Shown: positions 1-14,500, counted from the stretch's first letter. The stretch: 64,000 nt of DNA from Octopus vulgaris (GCA_951406725.2 OX597819.1:17484001-17548000), one strand, 5' to 3'. Program-made: numbers and translations. The notes: a model not told the origin generated them from the letters alone.

Positions 1-133
1 TTTGTCAAACGGTGGCAGGGTACAAACACAGACACAGAGACATACATTCGTACATTGGAGTCACTTTGGAGTCTATTTCGTCCTACACACACACACACAC
101 ACACACACAATGAGTGAGAGAAGGAGAGAAAGA

Positions 134-210
<77 letters not shown>

Positions 211-507
211 TATTGATAATACCTAGAAGACGGTGCTTCTTTTCCACCTCCCAAGGTGAATGCAGATTTGACCAGGAGGAAATGAGTTCATCAGTCGTTA
301 TCCAACGATCATCGGGTGTTTCTGCCCTGAACCGTAATGCCCTCTCGTTGGTGATGTCAGAAGATGTGGCCTAATCCCTTATCATCATTTTTTTCTGGCT
401 TCCAGCTTAACTCATCTAGGTGATGTCAGTAACCGATGTGTGTCTATATACATACATACATACATACATACATACATACATACATACATACATAAAGAAA
501 TGAATGA

Positions 508-551
<44 letters not shown>

Positions 552-577
552 GCACAAATGTATATAATCTTCTACTC

Positions 578-1030
578 TAACTTGTTTCAGTTATTGAACT
601 GCGGCCATACTGAGGCACTTCGTTGAAGGTTTCAATGCACACATCGATCCCAGTATTAAATTTATCGTTTTCTTTTTGCCGAACTGAATAGTCACGGAGA
701 AAATCAACACCAGTTCTGAACTTGAAGCGGTGGTAGGGAAAAAAACGCAACCATAACAAAGATACAGTTAAATATATGCGACGGGTCTGTCAGCTTTTGT
801 CAGCCAAATCCACTCACAAGGCTTTGATCGGGACTATAGCAGAAGATATTTGCTCAGGGTGTCAAGCGGTGGTGGTGCTGAACTTAAGAACACATGCTTG
901 GGAAGTATGCTTCTTAACCACAAAGCCACGTCAACGACAGGCTTCCGTGCAGTTTTCATCTACCAAAATCACCCACACGGCATTGGTTAACCTGGGGCTG
1001 TAGTAGAAGACGCTCAAGTTGCCGTGCAAC
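578..1030 (-). mobile_element. Decayed fragments of the bipartite tRNA-derived SINE (family of 7485-7905)
   Basis: Reverse-complement similarity to the tail (cttgtttcag...ctgcggccat at 581-609) and to head motifs (aaatccactcacaaggctttg; two partial heads, 780-1030). Confidence 0.65.
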
Positions 1031-1397
1031 GACGTCGGAAATGACTTTCTTAATCAGTTATTTATTCCTGCGCCTTTTGTTCGTTGAGGTCAATTTTTAA
1101 TTTCAGCCTTTTGTGGTAATGTCAGCTATTTAAGTCCTATTTACCGCAGCTTCGAGGCTGCAAATGACAGCCATTGTTGATGCACTAACTACCTGCATTT
1201 TCTATAATATTAGCTTTGAAAATTGAAAATGTAGCTTTCAGAAACTCTGCCTTATTCTGGTATGTATTTGCCGGTTTAGCCCCATGGTTACAAAATTTGT
1301 TTTATAGAACCGTTGTTGGGTCTCCATCACGCTGTGTTCACGCATGCACAGGTAAACACACAAGCACGCACGACCACCTACCTACACACACACACAG

Positions 1398-1437
<40 letters not shown>

Positions 1438-2624
1438 ACACACACACATATATTTATATAGAGCAATATACACACACGCATTGTATATACAAGCGAAATT
1501 ATATTTACATATGAAAGAGAAAAAATATTAATTCAACTTGAAATTGTGGTTTGACTCGATCACTGATTAAATGACTACACTATTCTACGGTTATTGAGTA
1601 CTTCTATTATTTTAAAATACAAGCGCCTGTATATGTGTCAGTGTTAGCGTTTATGTGTGAAAAGTATAATGTGCTTTGTTTGTAGGCTTTTGTGAAAGAA
1701 TTGCTGACGTTTCGGCCAATCATCATTTTTCGTAATCGTGAATGGCTTTACTTCTTTAGTCCATGCGATGCTGCATACCGTGTCTACGTTCGTATCCACT
1801 TTGGGAAGAAAACATTATATTTACCAATAGACGCAAAGCTTTGCTGACACTGGTCATTACTAATCTTCTTGAAAAAGGAACGAATTGTAGCATGATTCTA
1901 GTTGAGAATATGAAGGACATGCTTCCACCAACGGACACTGGAGTCAACGGGAAGAAAAATAACGAAACGAAAATGAAAGTACGTTCTCGATTATATTTTA
2001 CAGAGGATTCGAAGAATCAATCTTTGTACGAAATAAAGCGCGATTCTGGAAATTTGAATTAGGATTCAAGGCTGTGGTATTTACTTCCATCTCGTTAATG
2101 GTCTTAGAACGAACTCTAACCCCCAATTTACCTTATATTAGATGAGTAAAATGAATACCCCAGTAAAATTGATCCGGTGAAAGGTCAATTGAATCACCTC
2201 TTCTTCTCCATAAAACTTTTATGATACACGATTGGGTTAAACATCAAGTGCTGGAACGCTACATACAGATTCCTGATCCGTAATCGTCTTAAATAAGGAA
2301 ATTTTATTGCACTAACGACGCTTCGTTGACATGACGAATAACAAGATTTGTATGATGAAATTTCATTTGACAGAAAATGAAGTGAGTTATATTCCTCAAA
2401 TCTCTGAGAAACGAAACTAGTCGGATTGATCCCCATTTCGAACTTCCGGTTCACCTCTCATTCAAGTATTATTATTGACTGTTAATATTTTGCCAATGAG
2501 ACGACGAAATGCGTGGATATTAATTTTTTTCCGTTTGACGCATGTAGAAATAAAAGTATGTGTGCGTATGTGTATATGAGAGAGCGAAATACCTATAAAA
2601 ATTGTGTATGTGTGCGTGTCTATG

Positions 2625-2655
<31 letters not shown>

Positions 2656-2879
2656 GCATATTTATATGTACGTACATATATATAAATATATATACATATA
2701 TGTGTGTGTGTCTGTGTATGTATAGGAAAGAACAGGAGCACAAACATAAAGAAAGAAGGGGAGAAAAAGGAAAAGGAGAAAATGAGATAACTAAACGTGA
2801 AACACCAAGCCACCAAGCAAAAGACAGAAAACTCAAATATGGAGGCTCCAACGGAATCCAAAACCCTAGAGGAGAGAAG

Positions 2880-3290
2880 AAATTTGGAGTGAAATCAAGG
2901 ACATGCAAATTTTACCTGCAAGGCAAATGTTGGCTTTGAGAAGAAGGTACAAACTGCCGGTTTGTTCACCCGAGACCCCGCCAAAACTACAGGGGCCTTA
3001 AGGAGAAATACTTCCCCGAGGAAAGACACCAATCACCGCCAAAGAAGAAATATACAAATGCAGTGCGCTCTTCAGAAGTTATGCGCAAAGCAGCAGCCGA
3101 GAAAGAGTCTCTTTTGTGCATGGCGCAAAAGATTGTGCAGCAGCTGACCTGGCATTATCAAGCGCAAACAAGGAACTCCCCCCCCCCCCCCACTGTGCAA
3201 GGCCACCACAATCAACAGACATGGTATGGTCTCCCCTAACACCTGCAAAGTCGTCACGCTAGTATTTTTACTAAATATCGGGGGCCTATT
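2880..3290 (-). mobile_element. Possible highly decayed LINE ORF 3' remnant
   Basis: GC-richer non-microsatellite block with weak resemblance to the 3' part of the Tx1-like element at 40.7-42.4 kb. No intact motif. Confidence 0.25.
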
Positions 3291-3490
3291 GCATCACAAC
3301 AACAAAAGTAAAGTTTTTTTTCCTGAATGACCTTGCTGCATGCAATCAAGCCCTATACATATCACTCGTGGAAGCGCATCGGAGCTCTGATATAGAAGAT
3401 GCAGAAGTATATGTAACAAAATATCAGGTCATCCCATATATATACATATATATATATGTGTATATGTATATGTGTGTATATATATATGTG

Positions 3491-3545
<55 letters not shown>

Positions 3546-3547
<2 letters not shown>

Positions 3548-3790
3548 CGGGAAGCTTTATGAAAATAAACAAAAGACGAAGGCAGGTGGAAAACAAACGA
3601 ACAATTGTATTAGTATGGCGCTCAGGAAATATAAATAAAACAAGTCTTTAACGTTTCGAGCCTACACTCTTCAACAGAAAGATACACAGAGAGAGAAAAA
3701 CACAGAAAGAAGGAGAGAAAAAAAAAAAAATGCGTGCAGTAGCTAACGAATCAACATGGCGATCTGATTTCGGCCAGAGGTCAAAGATCA
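3546..3790 (-). mobile_element. Penelope-type pseudo-LTR fragment with degenerate minimal hammerhead (3645-3682)
   Basis: Minus strand reads TCTTT-CTGTTGA-A-GAG-tgtagg-CTC-GAAAC-GT-T-AAAGA. Homologous to 37417-37620 and similar to 18300-18510 and 20820-21010. Abuts (TA)n. Confidence 0.65.
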
Positions 3791-4021
3791 AACATGAGAC
3801 GCGAGAGCGAAATAAGGGGAGATAATAGGGTTGATAAAAGGGTTGAGGGACCAGCTAAAGGTGCATGGGAGGGGTCTGGATGTGTGTATGTATAGGGCTG
3901 GTGTATGTATTAGTATGTATAAGGGTGTGTGTGTGTGTGTGTGTATGAGAGAGTATTAGTGCGTAAGATTGGTCTGGACGTGCGTATGTATGGGGTTGGT
4001 GTATGTATTAGTATGTATTAG

Positions 4022-4078
<57 letters not shown>

Positions 4079-4480
4079 ATCATCCCCTAGCACGTACAGA
4101 AATAAATATAACTATTTATTTCTGTGTTTAAAATAATCAATCAAGCATGTAATAAGATATAAAGGAATAATGCCTCTTGGGGCGGGATATGTGTTGCGTC
4201 ACGTGACGGCAAAAGTTAAGTTCTGTTGCTTTCGAAAATGCTTTTGTAATGATATTTCGGTAATTAATAATTTCTCATCAATTCTTTAGACGCGCTAGAC
4301 GCAATTATTTCTCCATACATGCTTTAGAATAAAGTCCATTATTTTGTGAAATTAGTATACCGTTAAATTCTCCAGACTTGGATAATCTTACCATTAGAAT
4401 GATCGAAAACAATGCAAGATTTGCTAAGAGGAAATTTAGTGTGTATTAATTATGGTCAAATTACAGTCTTGTTGTTGTTG

Positions 4481-4586
<106 letters not shown>

Positions 4587-4680
4587 ATGTTTCATATTTC
4601 GGTTTTTTGTTTTGTTTTTGATTCTTTTTCAACTCTTTATTTTTACAACTGGTGTTTTATTTGCTTAAAAATGTCTCCAT

Positions 4681-4736
<56 letters not shown>

Positions 4737-4827
4737 TACTCGAGAGAGAGAGAGAGAGAGAGAGGGGAAGAGAGAGAGTGAGAGTGAGAGAGAGAGAGAG
4801 AAAGAAGAGCGAGAGAAAGAGAAAAAG

Positions 4828-6074
4828 AGTAGTTTTACCATTTATCATTATTATTACTCCTGTTACTTCTTAAAGAACACATTCAGTCATTTATTTTGGA
4901 AAGTTCCAAAGGATGGCGACGCCGTCGCCATTTGCTACATCCCCTGGATGGTGACTGCACCACTTACCATGGGATTTAATTTTATACTATTTACAAGCAT
5001 TCCACTGCATGTGCTGATTTGAAGCTAATGCGACTGTCTGTGAATCACAAATGTTCGTGGATACTGAAACTACATATACCTGAAGATTGTGATAAGCTTG
5101 AAAGTACTTGTAATATCACAATATGTAATACAGTAAAACTAGAAAATATACAAAAATAAAGCTGCAAAACTGAGACTGCGATGGAATTCTCGATATTATT
5201 ATATTGCAGCAAGTCGGTAGAGCGCCGGACAAAATGCCACGCGGTATTTGTTTTGACATTTTAACTTCTGCTTCCAAAACATCCGATAAAGATCTGCTGT
5301 GTTATTCTTCCATTTAGGCTCAATAAAATAAATTAGAAGACCACTGACCCCGGCTCACTTAATTTGCTGGCACTCTTCCGAAATCAGAGACTATTATAGT
5401 CCTCTGTGTACCATACATAATGCAGGTGCATCCCGAAATGCAAATTATCTGCTGTATTCATCCGGGGATAATAACACGCATGGGCGTGCTGCATGTATAA
5501 ACATGCAATGAAAAATTGCAAAGATAAAGCACTATACAAGAAATTGAAAACGAATGAAACTGAAAATAGGTGTAATGCATGTATGTATGAATGTGTGTAT
5601 GTGTGTGTGTTTTGTGTTAGATAAAAGGATGGATATAGGAAGTATAAAGGGAAATATGAGAATAGAAATATGAATATATGTAGGATGTTACAAATGCAGT
5701 TCCTTATATTCGACCCTACTATTTCCCTCTAGTTATCTCTCTCATATCGTCTCTGATGGAGCGATAAGACTACCGTTCTCTTTATATGTACTTCTAAAGA
5801 TTTTTTATTCACTGTTCCCAGGGCTCCGACAATTACTAGTACTACTACTACCTGTTTCATCGCCCACAACTGCTTAACCTCCCAAGCTAACCTGTCATAT
5901 CTATCGACTTTTCTTTCTTCCTTATCGCATGCCTTGTTGTCAGCTTGGTATGCTAGATCTACGATCCAGCATAGTTTGCTTTCTTTCTGAAGATTATGTC
6001 TGGCTTCCTATTCTCTATCTTTATTTTTAAGATTCAGTGCGACCATGAGATAGAGATTATTGTTGTTATTATTA

Positions 6075-6130
<56 letters not shown>

Positions 6131-6161
6131 GTTGTTGTTGTTGTTATTATTATTATTATTA

Positions 6162-6224
<63 letters not shown>

Positions 6225-6657
6225 GTAGTAGTAGTAGTAGCAGTAGTAATAATAGTAGTTTTACCATTTATCATTATTATTACTCCTGTTACTTCTTAAA
6301 GAACACGTTCAGTCATTTATTTTGGGAAGCTCCAAAGGATGGCGACGCCGTCGCCATTTACTACATCCTCTGCATGGTGACTGCACCACTTACCATGGGA
6401 TTTAATTTTGTACTATTTACAAGCATTCCAATGAATGTGCTGATTTGAAGCTAATACGACTGTCTGTAAATCACAAATGTTCGTGGATACTGAAACTACA
6501 TATACCTGAAGATTGTGATAAGCTTGAAAGTACTTGTAATATCACAACATGTAATACAGTAAAACTAGAAAATGTACAAAAATAAAGTATTTTTCGCAAA
6601 ACTGAGACTGCGGTGGAATTTCAATGACTAATATATTTATCTCTGCAGAATAATGCA

Positions 6658-6713
<56 letters not shown>

Positions 6714-7265
6714 TGCATTAGTCTGCAGAGATACATACATACATACATACATACATACATACATACATACATACATACATACATACATACATACTTACAT
6801 ACATACTTACATACATACTTACATACATACTTACATACATGCTTACATATATATACATACATACATACATACATACATACATACATACATGCATACTTAC
6901 ATACATACTTACATACATACTTACATACATACTTACATACATGCTTACATATATATATATATGTAAGCATGTATGTAAGTATGTATGTAAGTATGTATGT
7001 AAGTATGTATGTAAGTATGCATGTATGTATGTATGTATGTATGTATGTATGTATGTATGTATGTATGAATGTGTGTATGTGTGTGTGTTTTGTGTTAGAT
7101 AAAAGGATGGATATAGGAAGTATAAAGGGAAATATGAGAATAGAAAGTATGAATATATGTAGGATGTTACAAATGCAGTTCCTTATATTCAACCCTACTA
7201 TTTCCCTCTAGTTATCTTTCTCATATCGTCTCTGATGGAGCGATAAGACTACCGTTCTCTTTATA
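4828..7265. repeat. Local imperfect tandem duplication
   Basis: 4828-5188 recurs at 6254-6620 (offset about 1426) and 5579-5786 recurs at 7057-7265, both near-identical by eye. Confidence 0.9.
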
Positions 7266-7484
7266 AATGTCCTTTAAATTCCATTCCACAAAGCCTTGAC
7301 TTTCTCGTCTCATTTTATTTCACAAATACATGCTCACACTAGACCCGAATTAGTGTCCTCTCTTGTATCATTATCGAACCGAGAGTCTCACCAGTCATCC
7401 CGTAGCACTTACATAGCATTTCCTGCCATCTTGGTCTTCTGGGTACCTACACTCCCCTCATATATATATATATATATATATATA

Positions 7485-7649
7485 GGCGCAAGAGGGGCTG
7501 TGTGGCAGGTAGCTTGCTTGCCAAACCACATGGTTCCGGGTTCAGTCCCACTGCGTGGCATCTTGGGCAAGTGTCTTCTGCTATAGCCTCGGGCCACCAA
7601 TGCCTTGTGAGTGGATTTGGTAGACGGAAACTGAAAGAAGCCGGTCGTA

Positions 7650-7708
<59 letters not shown>

Positions 7709-7902
7709 GTGTATATATGTCTGTGTTTGTTCCCTTAGCATTGCTTGACAACCGATGCTGGTGTGTTTACGTCCCTGGCAAAAGAGACCGATAGAATAAG
7801 TACTGGGTTTAAAAAGAATAAGTCCCGGGGTCGATTTGCTCGACTAAAGGCGGTGCTCCAGCATGGCCGCAGTCAAATGACTGAAACAAGTAAAAGAGTA
7901 AA

Positions 7903-7905
<3 letters not shown>
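7485..7905 (+). mobile_element. tRNA-derived SINE, bipartite with internal (TA)n (octopus OK/OR-like)
   Basis: tRNA-like head with B-box-like GGTTCAGTCCC, CORE-like ttgggcaagtgtctt, internal (TA)n, and 3' tail GGCGGTGCTCCAGCATGGCCGCAGTCAAATGACTGAAAC plus (GTAAAAGA)2. Multiple copies in the window. Confidence 0.85.
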
Positions 7906-7994
<89 letters not shown>

Positions 7995-8168
7995 GTATAT
8001 TCAAAGGGCAAGACCACTAGGTAGTCGGCCGTATGCTAGAAATAGATCATCTACGATCAAACTACATAGAAAAGAATGTTCTCTAGAGGAAAATTCAGCG
8101 GACACCAGAACAAATAGGCGGGCAAGACAAATGAAAATTATATAAAAAAATCAGAATTTTTATATATT

Positions 8169-8209
<41 letters not shown>

Positions 8210-8478
8210 ACACCCATTCCAACACAGATACATGTACACATACGTGTTTATGAGAACTAATTTCGCATTCCGTTAATTACTTAACAGATGTGATTAACAA
8301 ACTAATGATTATCTAATAACCATTTATTGTGTTTGCACAGTTTATTTTGAATTATTTCATAAAATATTTCAGTTTGTTGTGTCTACTTGAGTTCTGTTGG
8401 TTTGTCTGCCGAAATTATTCTTTCTTTTGTCATCACTGGCGCTCTTGTTGTTGTTGTTGTCGTTGTTTTTCTTGCTGC

Positions 8479-8856
8479 TACCACCACCATCATCACCACC
8501 ACCATCACCACACCGCCACCACCACCACCACAACCACTACCACCATTACCCCCACCACCATCACCCCCACCACCATCACAACCGCCACCACCACCACAAC
8601 CACTACCACCATCACCCCCACCATCACCCCCACCATCACCACCGCCACCGCCACAACCACTACCACCATCACCCCCACCATCACCACCACCACTACCACA
8701 GTCATTACCATCACCACCAGTAACTTGGTGATAGTGATGGTGGTGGTGGTGATGGTGGTAGTGGTTGTGGTGGTGGTGGTAGTGGTGGGGATGGTGGTGG
8801 TGGTGATGGTTGTGGTGGTGATGATGGTGGTAGTGGTGGTGGTGGTGGTGGTGGTG
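8479..8856. repeat. (CAC)n-like tract followed by inverted (GTG)n-like tract
   Basis: CAC/CAT repeats at 8479-8718 switch strand to GTG/ATG at 8727-8856. Confidence 0.9.
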
Positions 8857-8881
8857 AAATTGTTCTTGTTGTATTTATTGT

Positions 8882-9235
8882 GGAGGCGCAATGGCCCAGT
8901 GGTTAGGACAGCGGACTCGCGGTCATAGGATCGCGGTTTTTCGGGCGTTGTGAGTGTTTATTGAGCGAAAACACCTAAAAAAAGCTCCACGAGGCTCCGG
9001 CAGGGGATGGTGGTGATCCCTGCTCTACTCTTTCACTACAACTTTCTCTCACTCTTACTTCCTGTTTCTCTTGTACCTGTATTTCAAAGGGCCGGCCTTG
9101 TCACTCTCTGTGTCACGCTGACTATCCCCGAGAACTACGTTAAGGGCACACCTGTCTGTGGAGTGCTCAGCCACTTACACGTTAATTTCACGAGCAGGCT
9201 GTTCCGTTGTTCCGTAACCAACGGAGTGCTTCCAT
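8882..9235 (+). mobile_element. tRNA-derived SINE (GGAGGCGCAATGGCCCAGTGG family)
   Basis: A-box-like TGGCCCAGTGG. The first 150 bp or so are shared with 28406-28710. Confidence 0.8.
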
Positions 9236-9524
9236 ATCCATGTATTTATTGTTTGTGTTGGCTTCAAATCAGTTGTAATTCAGCAAACCTATGGTCAAAG
9301 TTATTGCTGTTTTGACTAATCATGCTTTTCTAAACATTGTACGAGACAGCGGATGGTAGGTGGGCTGGGCTTTGGATAAAACAAAATACAGGAGGATCAG
9401 TTAATTATGATTTCATTCAACATATTCCCCCTCACAGATTCAAACACTTATCGCGGCGGTCCTTCTGTTTTTTGGGCCTCCAACCAGGCTTTTCGCAATA
9501 CACTTAAATCAGATTACATCTCCA

Positions 9525-10115
9525 ATACCATCGAAGACCACCACCACCTCGACCACCACCACCACAACCTTCATCACCATCACTACCACCACGACCACAA
9601 TCATTACCATCACCACCACCACTACCACAAACATCACTACCACCATCACCACTGCCACCGTCACCACCACCACCACCACCACCACCACCACCACCACCAT
9701 CATCACCACCACCACCATCACCACAACCATCACCACCACCACCACCATCACCACTACCACTACCATCATCATCACCACCACAACCATCACCACCACCACC
9801 ATCACCATCATCACCACCACCATCATCACCACCACCACCAACACCATCACCACTACCACCATCATCACCACCACTACCACCATCATCACCACCACCATCA
9901 CCACCACTACCACCACCACCACAACCACTACCACCATCATTACCACCATCACCACCGCCACCACCACCACCACCACAACCACTACCATCATCACCACCGC
10001 CACCACCACAACCACTACCACCATCACCCCACCATCACCATCACCACCGCCACCACAATCACTACCCCACAAATACCCCACCCTCACCATCACCACCCCA
10101 CCACGACGACAACAA
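9525..10115. repeat. (CAC/CAT)n low-complexity tract
   Basis: Trinucleotide repeat that explains the poly-His and poly-Val ORFs. Confidence 0.95.
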
Positions 10116-10714
10116 CAACTACAAACGCTTACAGTGTTATTACAAACACTATCACTTCCGGTACTGCTGCTGCCGCCGCCAATGACCAACGTCGACACCT
10201 CCATCGCCGCCACTGTCGCCATCACTGCCACTGCCGTCGCAACCCCTGCCACTACCGTCGGTGCCACCATCTCTACTATCATCTTCCTAACGTTTTTGGT
10301 GTTATTTTTGTGTGTTCTTACTTATTTTCCGAACTTAATATCAACCGGAGCATATCTTCCACCAGAACTGAACGCACCATCACTGTTTCGGGCCCTTCTC
10401 TTATTGCACTGAATTTGGGGTCACCAGCCGTCCTCATGGTTTCAGATCTGAACCAACAACTATCAATCTGAAAGATGGTGAAACTGTTTTCTATAGATTT
10501 AGATAATTCACCGAGCGAGGAAGATATCAAGGGTGCAGTAGCCTCCCACTTGTGTGGGTCCCTAGCTTCGTAGTTAGACTGTTTGGCTGCCAATCATAAG
10601 GTTATGGGTTCAATTTCTACATTGAGCAATTCATTTCATGCCACATTCAGTGCAGTGAGTACCACTCAAGATGCTGATGAATCTTGTCTTCTTTTACATG
10701 ACACACCCTATATC

Positions 10715-10928
10715 CTATTTCTTTACTACCCACAAGGGGCTAAACACAGAGGAGACAAACAAGGATAGACAAACGGATTAAGTCGATTGTATCAACTCCA
10801 GTGCGTAACTGGTACTTATTTAATCGACCCCGAAAGGATGAAGGGCAATTTGAACTCAGAACGTAGCGACAGACGAAATACTGCTGAGTATTTCGCCCGG
10901 CGTGCTAACGTTTCTGCCAACTCGCCGC
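10715..10928 (-). mobile_element. tRNA-derived SINE (GGCGGCGAGCTGGCAGAAACG family)
   Basis: Reverse complement matches 50264-50493 and 20588-20800. Flanked by a repeated ctatatccta (probable target-site duplication, TSD). Confidence 0.85.
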
Positions 10929-11879
10929 TATATCCTATATCCTAATGGGTCAGAGATGAGAAGGTGGTCGAGGAACTGTCTATATCGGTTCGAGTTTACT
11001 TAACAACCGACAACAAACGATGAGAACAAGGTTAATTCCACCAAGCCATACTCACGAGTGATGCTTCGCTGTATCAAATGCTCATGGATTAATTTCACTA
11101 TTTTCGACTCACTATAATATTTAATTTAAAGTGATTCTGCCTGCCATGTACGACACATCTTGACCTTCGCAGGAATCTTAGTAAAACAGCTAAGTGTTGC
11201 TCTTCCGTGATTTAAATCGAGATAATACTGCTTTAACCATGATATAGCATACTATGTCATATTGCTCCTACGTAAAAGAAAAAATTCTATCAGCAGATGA
11301 TTTATTCAGAAGATTCACTGATACAGAGACTGAGCGAGATATAAGCAGACTCCTTGATAACTGTAGGAATATTATATAGTGTTACATAGAGATCAAGTCT
11401 CTTATTTCTTTCTTTCTTTCTTTCTTTCTTTCTCTCTCTCAATCTCTCACGCACACAAACAAACACAAACAAACACACACACATACATACAAACACTCAA
11501 ACAGTCTGATAAATTGCTAAATTGATAATTATTGAAATGTATATTGACACACGCGCACACACAGCCGCTCGAACACGCACGCACACGCACGCACACGCAC
11601 GCACACGCACACATACCCACATACACACACACACACACACACGTATATATACATGCATCAATTCTTATATCCATATATATAACTAGAAATAAGAGATATA
11701 ATATGTTAGTAGGAAGTAAAAAAGATGGGAGGAGACAAAGAAGAGAGAGAGAGAGAGAGATGGAGAGGGAGAAGGGGGAAAGATGGGGATAGTGTGAGGA
11801 AGGCAATAATTAGATATTTAGGTAGAAAACTGGAGATTTCATTAATAAGAAATAATCGATCATGATATATAAGGAGCAG

Positions 11880-12480
11880 AAAGTAAGAGAAGAGAGAAGA
11901 AAACTGCAAGAAAAGAAGGAAGAAGAACAAAAGGAGGAGGAGGAGGAGAAGAAGAAGAAGAAGAAGAAGAAGAAGAAGAAGAAGAAGAAGAAGAAGAAGA
12001 AGAAGAAGAAGAAGAAGAAGAAGAAGAAGAAGAAGAAGGGGAAGAAGAAGAAGAAGAAGAAGAAGAAGAAGAAGAAGAAGGGGAAGAAGGAGAAAAAGAA
12101 GAAGGGGAAGAAGAAGAAGAAGAAGGGGAAGAAGGAGGGGAAGAAGGAGGGGAAGAAGAAGAAGAAGAAGGAGAAGAAGGAGAAGAAAAGAAGAAGAAGG
12201 AGAAGGAGGAGGAAAGGAGAAGAAGAAGAAGAAGAAGAAAAGTAGGAGAAGTAGGAGAAGAAAAGAAGTAGGAGAAGAAGAAGAAGAAGAAGGAGAAGGG
12301 GAAGAAGGAGAAGGAGGAGGAGGAGGAGAAGAAGGAGAAGAAGAAAAGTAGGAGAAGGAGGAGAAGAAAAGAAGAAGAAGGAGAAGGAGGAGGAAAAGGA
12401 GAAGGAGAAGAAAAGGAGAAAGAGAAGAAGAGGAGGAGGAGAAGAAGAAGGAGGAGGAGGAGAAGAAGAAGAAGAAGCTG
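11880..12480. repeat. (GAA/GGA)n polypurine tract
   Basis: About 600 bp of nearly pure purine repeat. Confidence 0.95.
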
Positions 12481-13826
12481 GTGCAGTTTGTGCTGTTGCT
12501 GCTGCTGTTAATGATGAGATGATGATGAAGAGGCGAAGGAAAAGAAAGAAGAGGTGTACGAGAGAAACTGAAAGGAGAGAAGAAAGTAAAAACGAAAGAA
12601 AAATAATTGAAACAGAAAGTAGAAGGATGAGGGAAGGAGGAGAGATATAGGAAGAGGAGAAAGAAGAAATTGAAGACGAAGAAGAGGGAGAAAAGAAAAC
12701 AAATTTTAAGATGAAGGATTAAAATTACTAAAGAAAAAAAGTGAAGAGAAATTAAAATGAAGGGTAAGATGTCAATTAATTCAGAGAGCATTTAGCTGCT
12801 GTAACCCCACGAAGACAATGTTGCAATTTTAGGGCAAATGTTTCTAGTAATTAGTCAACATCTAATTAAAGCTAATTACCGGCGTTTACTCGCAGGTTCT
12901 TTTTTTTTTTTTTTTGTTTAATTTATATAAACTTGTCGAATTGAAATTGTTGCCAAAGAACTTCGATGTTTGAGAACATGCCGAAATAGTGAACCCAACA
13001 CGCGAAGAAACGAACTCAATGAGAGTGTTTTTATTTCGTCATACCACACGCTACTCTTGAAGATATCAACATTGGATAGTATATCTAAATATCAGTTTAT
13101 GCAATGTATGTACTGTAGCGCTTTGACTAAACTGTTACAGGGTCGAGCAAGACGTTCTTTGACAGCAGCATCCACGGTGAGACTGGTGCTAAGCTATATG
13201 GGCTCAAACCGGTGGCTTTTCTCTTGGATAGATAACAGGGTAGTGGTTTGGTGAAAGCATTTCAGGGTTGGGCAGATGACTTTTGCTGTCGGTTCCACTT
13301 GATTGCATTCTGTCAGCAATATCTGTTATGAGAGACGCCTATACCAAGCTATATTGGCCGAAGTGGGCCGCCTTTATATTGTATAAACTATAGTGTCATG
13401 CAGGGGGTAATTTGCACGTGTAGGCAACGGACAGTTTCCCTCAAACAATCTGGGCAAAACCTGTCATACATGAGCTAACGCATGGTTAATATTGACCAAT
13501 GGAGAATCTAATAAAAAATATTTGAAAGAAAAAAAGAAACATTGCTTCTTGTTGACATTCCACCTGTTATTTAAATAATTTCTTCCTTCATTTTTAAGTT
13601 TGAGTGTAACTCATGATTTCTGCCTGCAAAAACTTCTTTTGAGTAAAAAAAGGTCCTTAAATTTTCTGTGAGACTTCAGGAAAACGCAAATATAAAGCGA
13701 ATTCTTTGTTTTGAGGAACACTTGTCTCGTCAAACACCTTTTATATTCAAACACATTCTGTTAATCTCTTTTTACTAGCTGTCAACCTAGAGTATTGCGA
13801 CAAGGCTTGTTAATTTAATTAAAATT

Positions 13827-13871
<45 letters not shown>

Positions 13872-14468
13872 GCACACGCAGAGAAACACTCGCAAAAACA
13901 CACACACACACACACAAGTAAAGAATCCCACACACACTCCTATACACAACGACACACAAACAAACACACCCACCCACTTAAAAGGCGATGACCCGGCAGA
14001 ATTGCTCAAGAGTCAAAAAAGGTGACTTAGCCAAATTGCTTTATTGCTTCTTCTATTCTGCTTTACCCTCCACCTAACAATGACTTTGTCTTTCATCCTT
14101 CCGCAATCGGTAACCAATCAAGAACTGGTGTCAGTATAACCACCCCTCCACTAAAATCAATAGATCTCATGAGCCGTTGTTTGCTCGGATCACTGAAATG
14201 TAAAGAATGGATAAATATATGCGTTAGTAATATCATGCCTCAGTCAAAATTGTAATCCATAGACAATATGTTAGCCTATGGACTTGTAACAACATAATTA
14301 TTTTAGAACAACGCTGGAAATATATTCTCATATATCTTTAATTTATTAATAATCTAATCTACGGTGTAATATGTAATTTTCATCTACACAAACTGGCAAA
14401 TATACAGGAGCCGATTATTCCGGATATTGACTGGATGTATAAACAAGCTGACAAAGAGAGAAATAAGC

Positions 14469-14500
<32 letters not shown>

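Noticed and set aside
226-440. Minus-strand GAAAC...TCGTT-ggat-AACGA-CTGATGA resembling a type II hammerhead
   Set aside because: No valid NUH triplet before stem I and no convincing stem II.
1700-1730. Minus-strand ATGATGATTGGCCGAAACGTCAG hammerhead-like string
   Set aside because: Core C3 is missing and no stem I or stem II can be formed.
5748-5786. CTGATGGAGCG...CGTTCTC (also at 7228-7265), a possible half hammerhead
   Set aside because: The core is altered and the GAAA strand is absent. At most a truncated relic.
9407-10471. 354-aa His-rich ORF, plus other long poly-I/L/K/E/YI ORFs such as 11706-12791, 49248-49702 and 54839-55645
   Set aside because: They are translations of stop-free microsatellites, with no domain or splice support.
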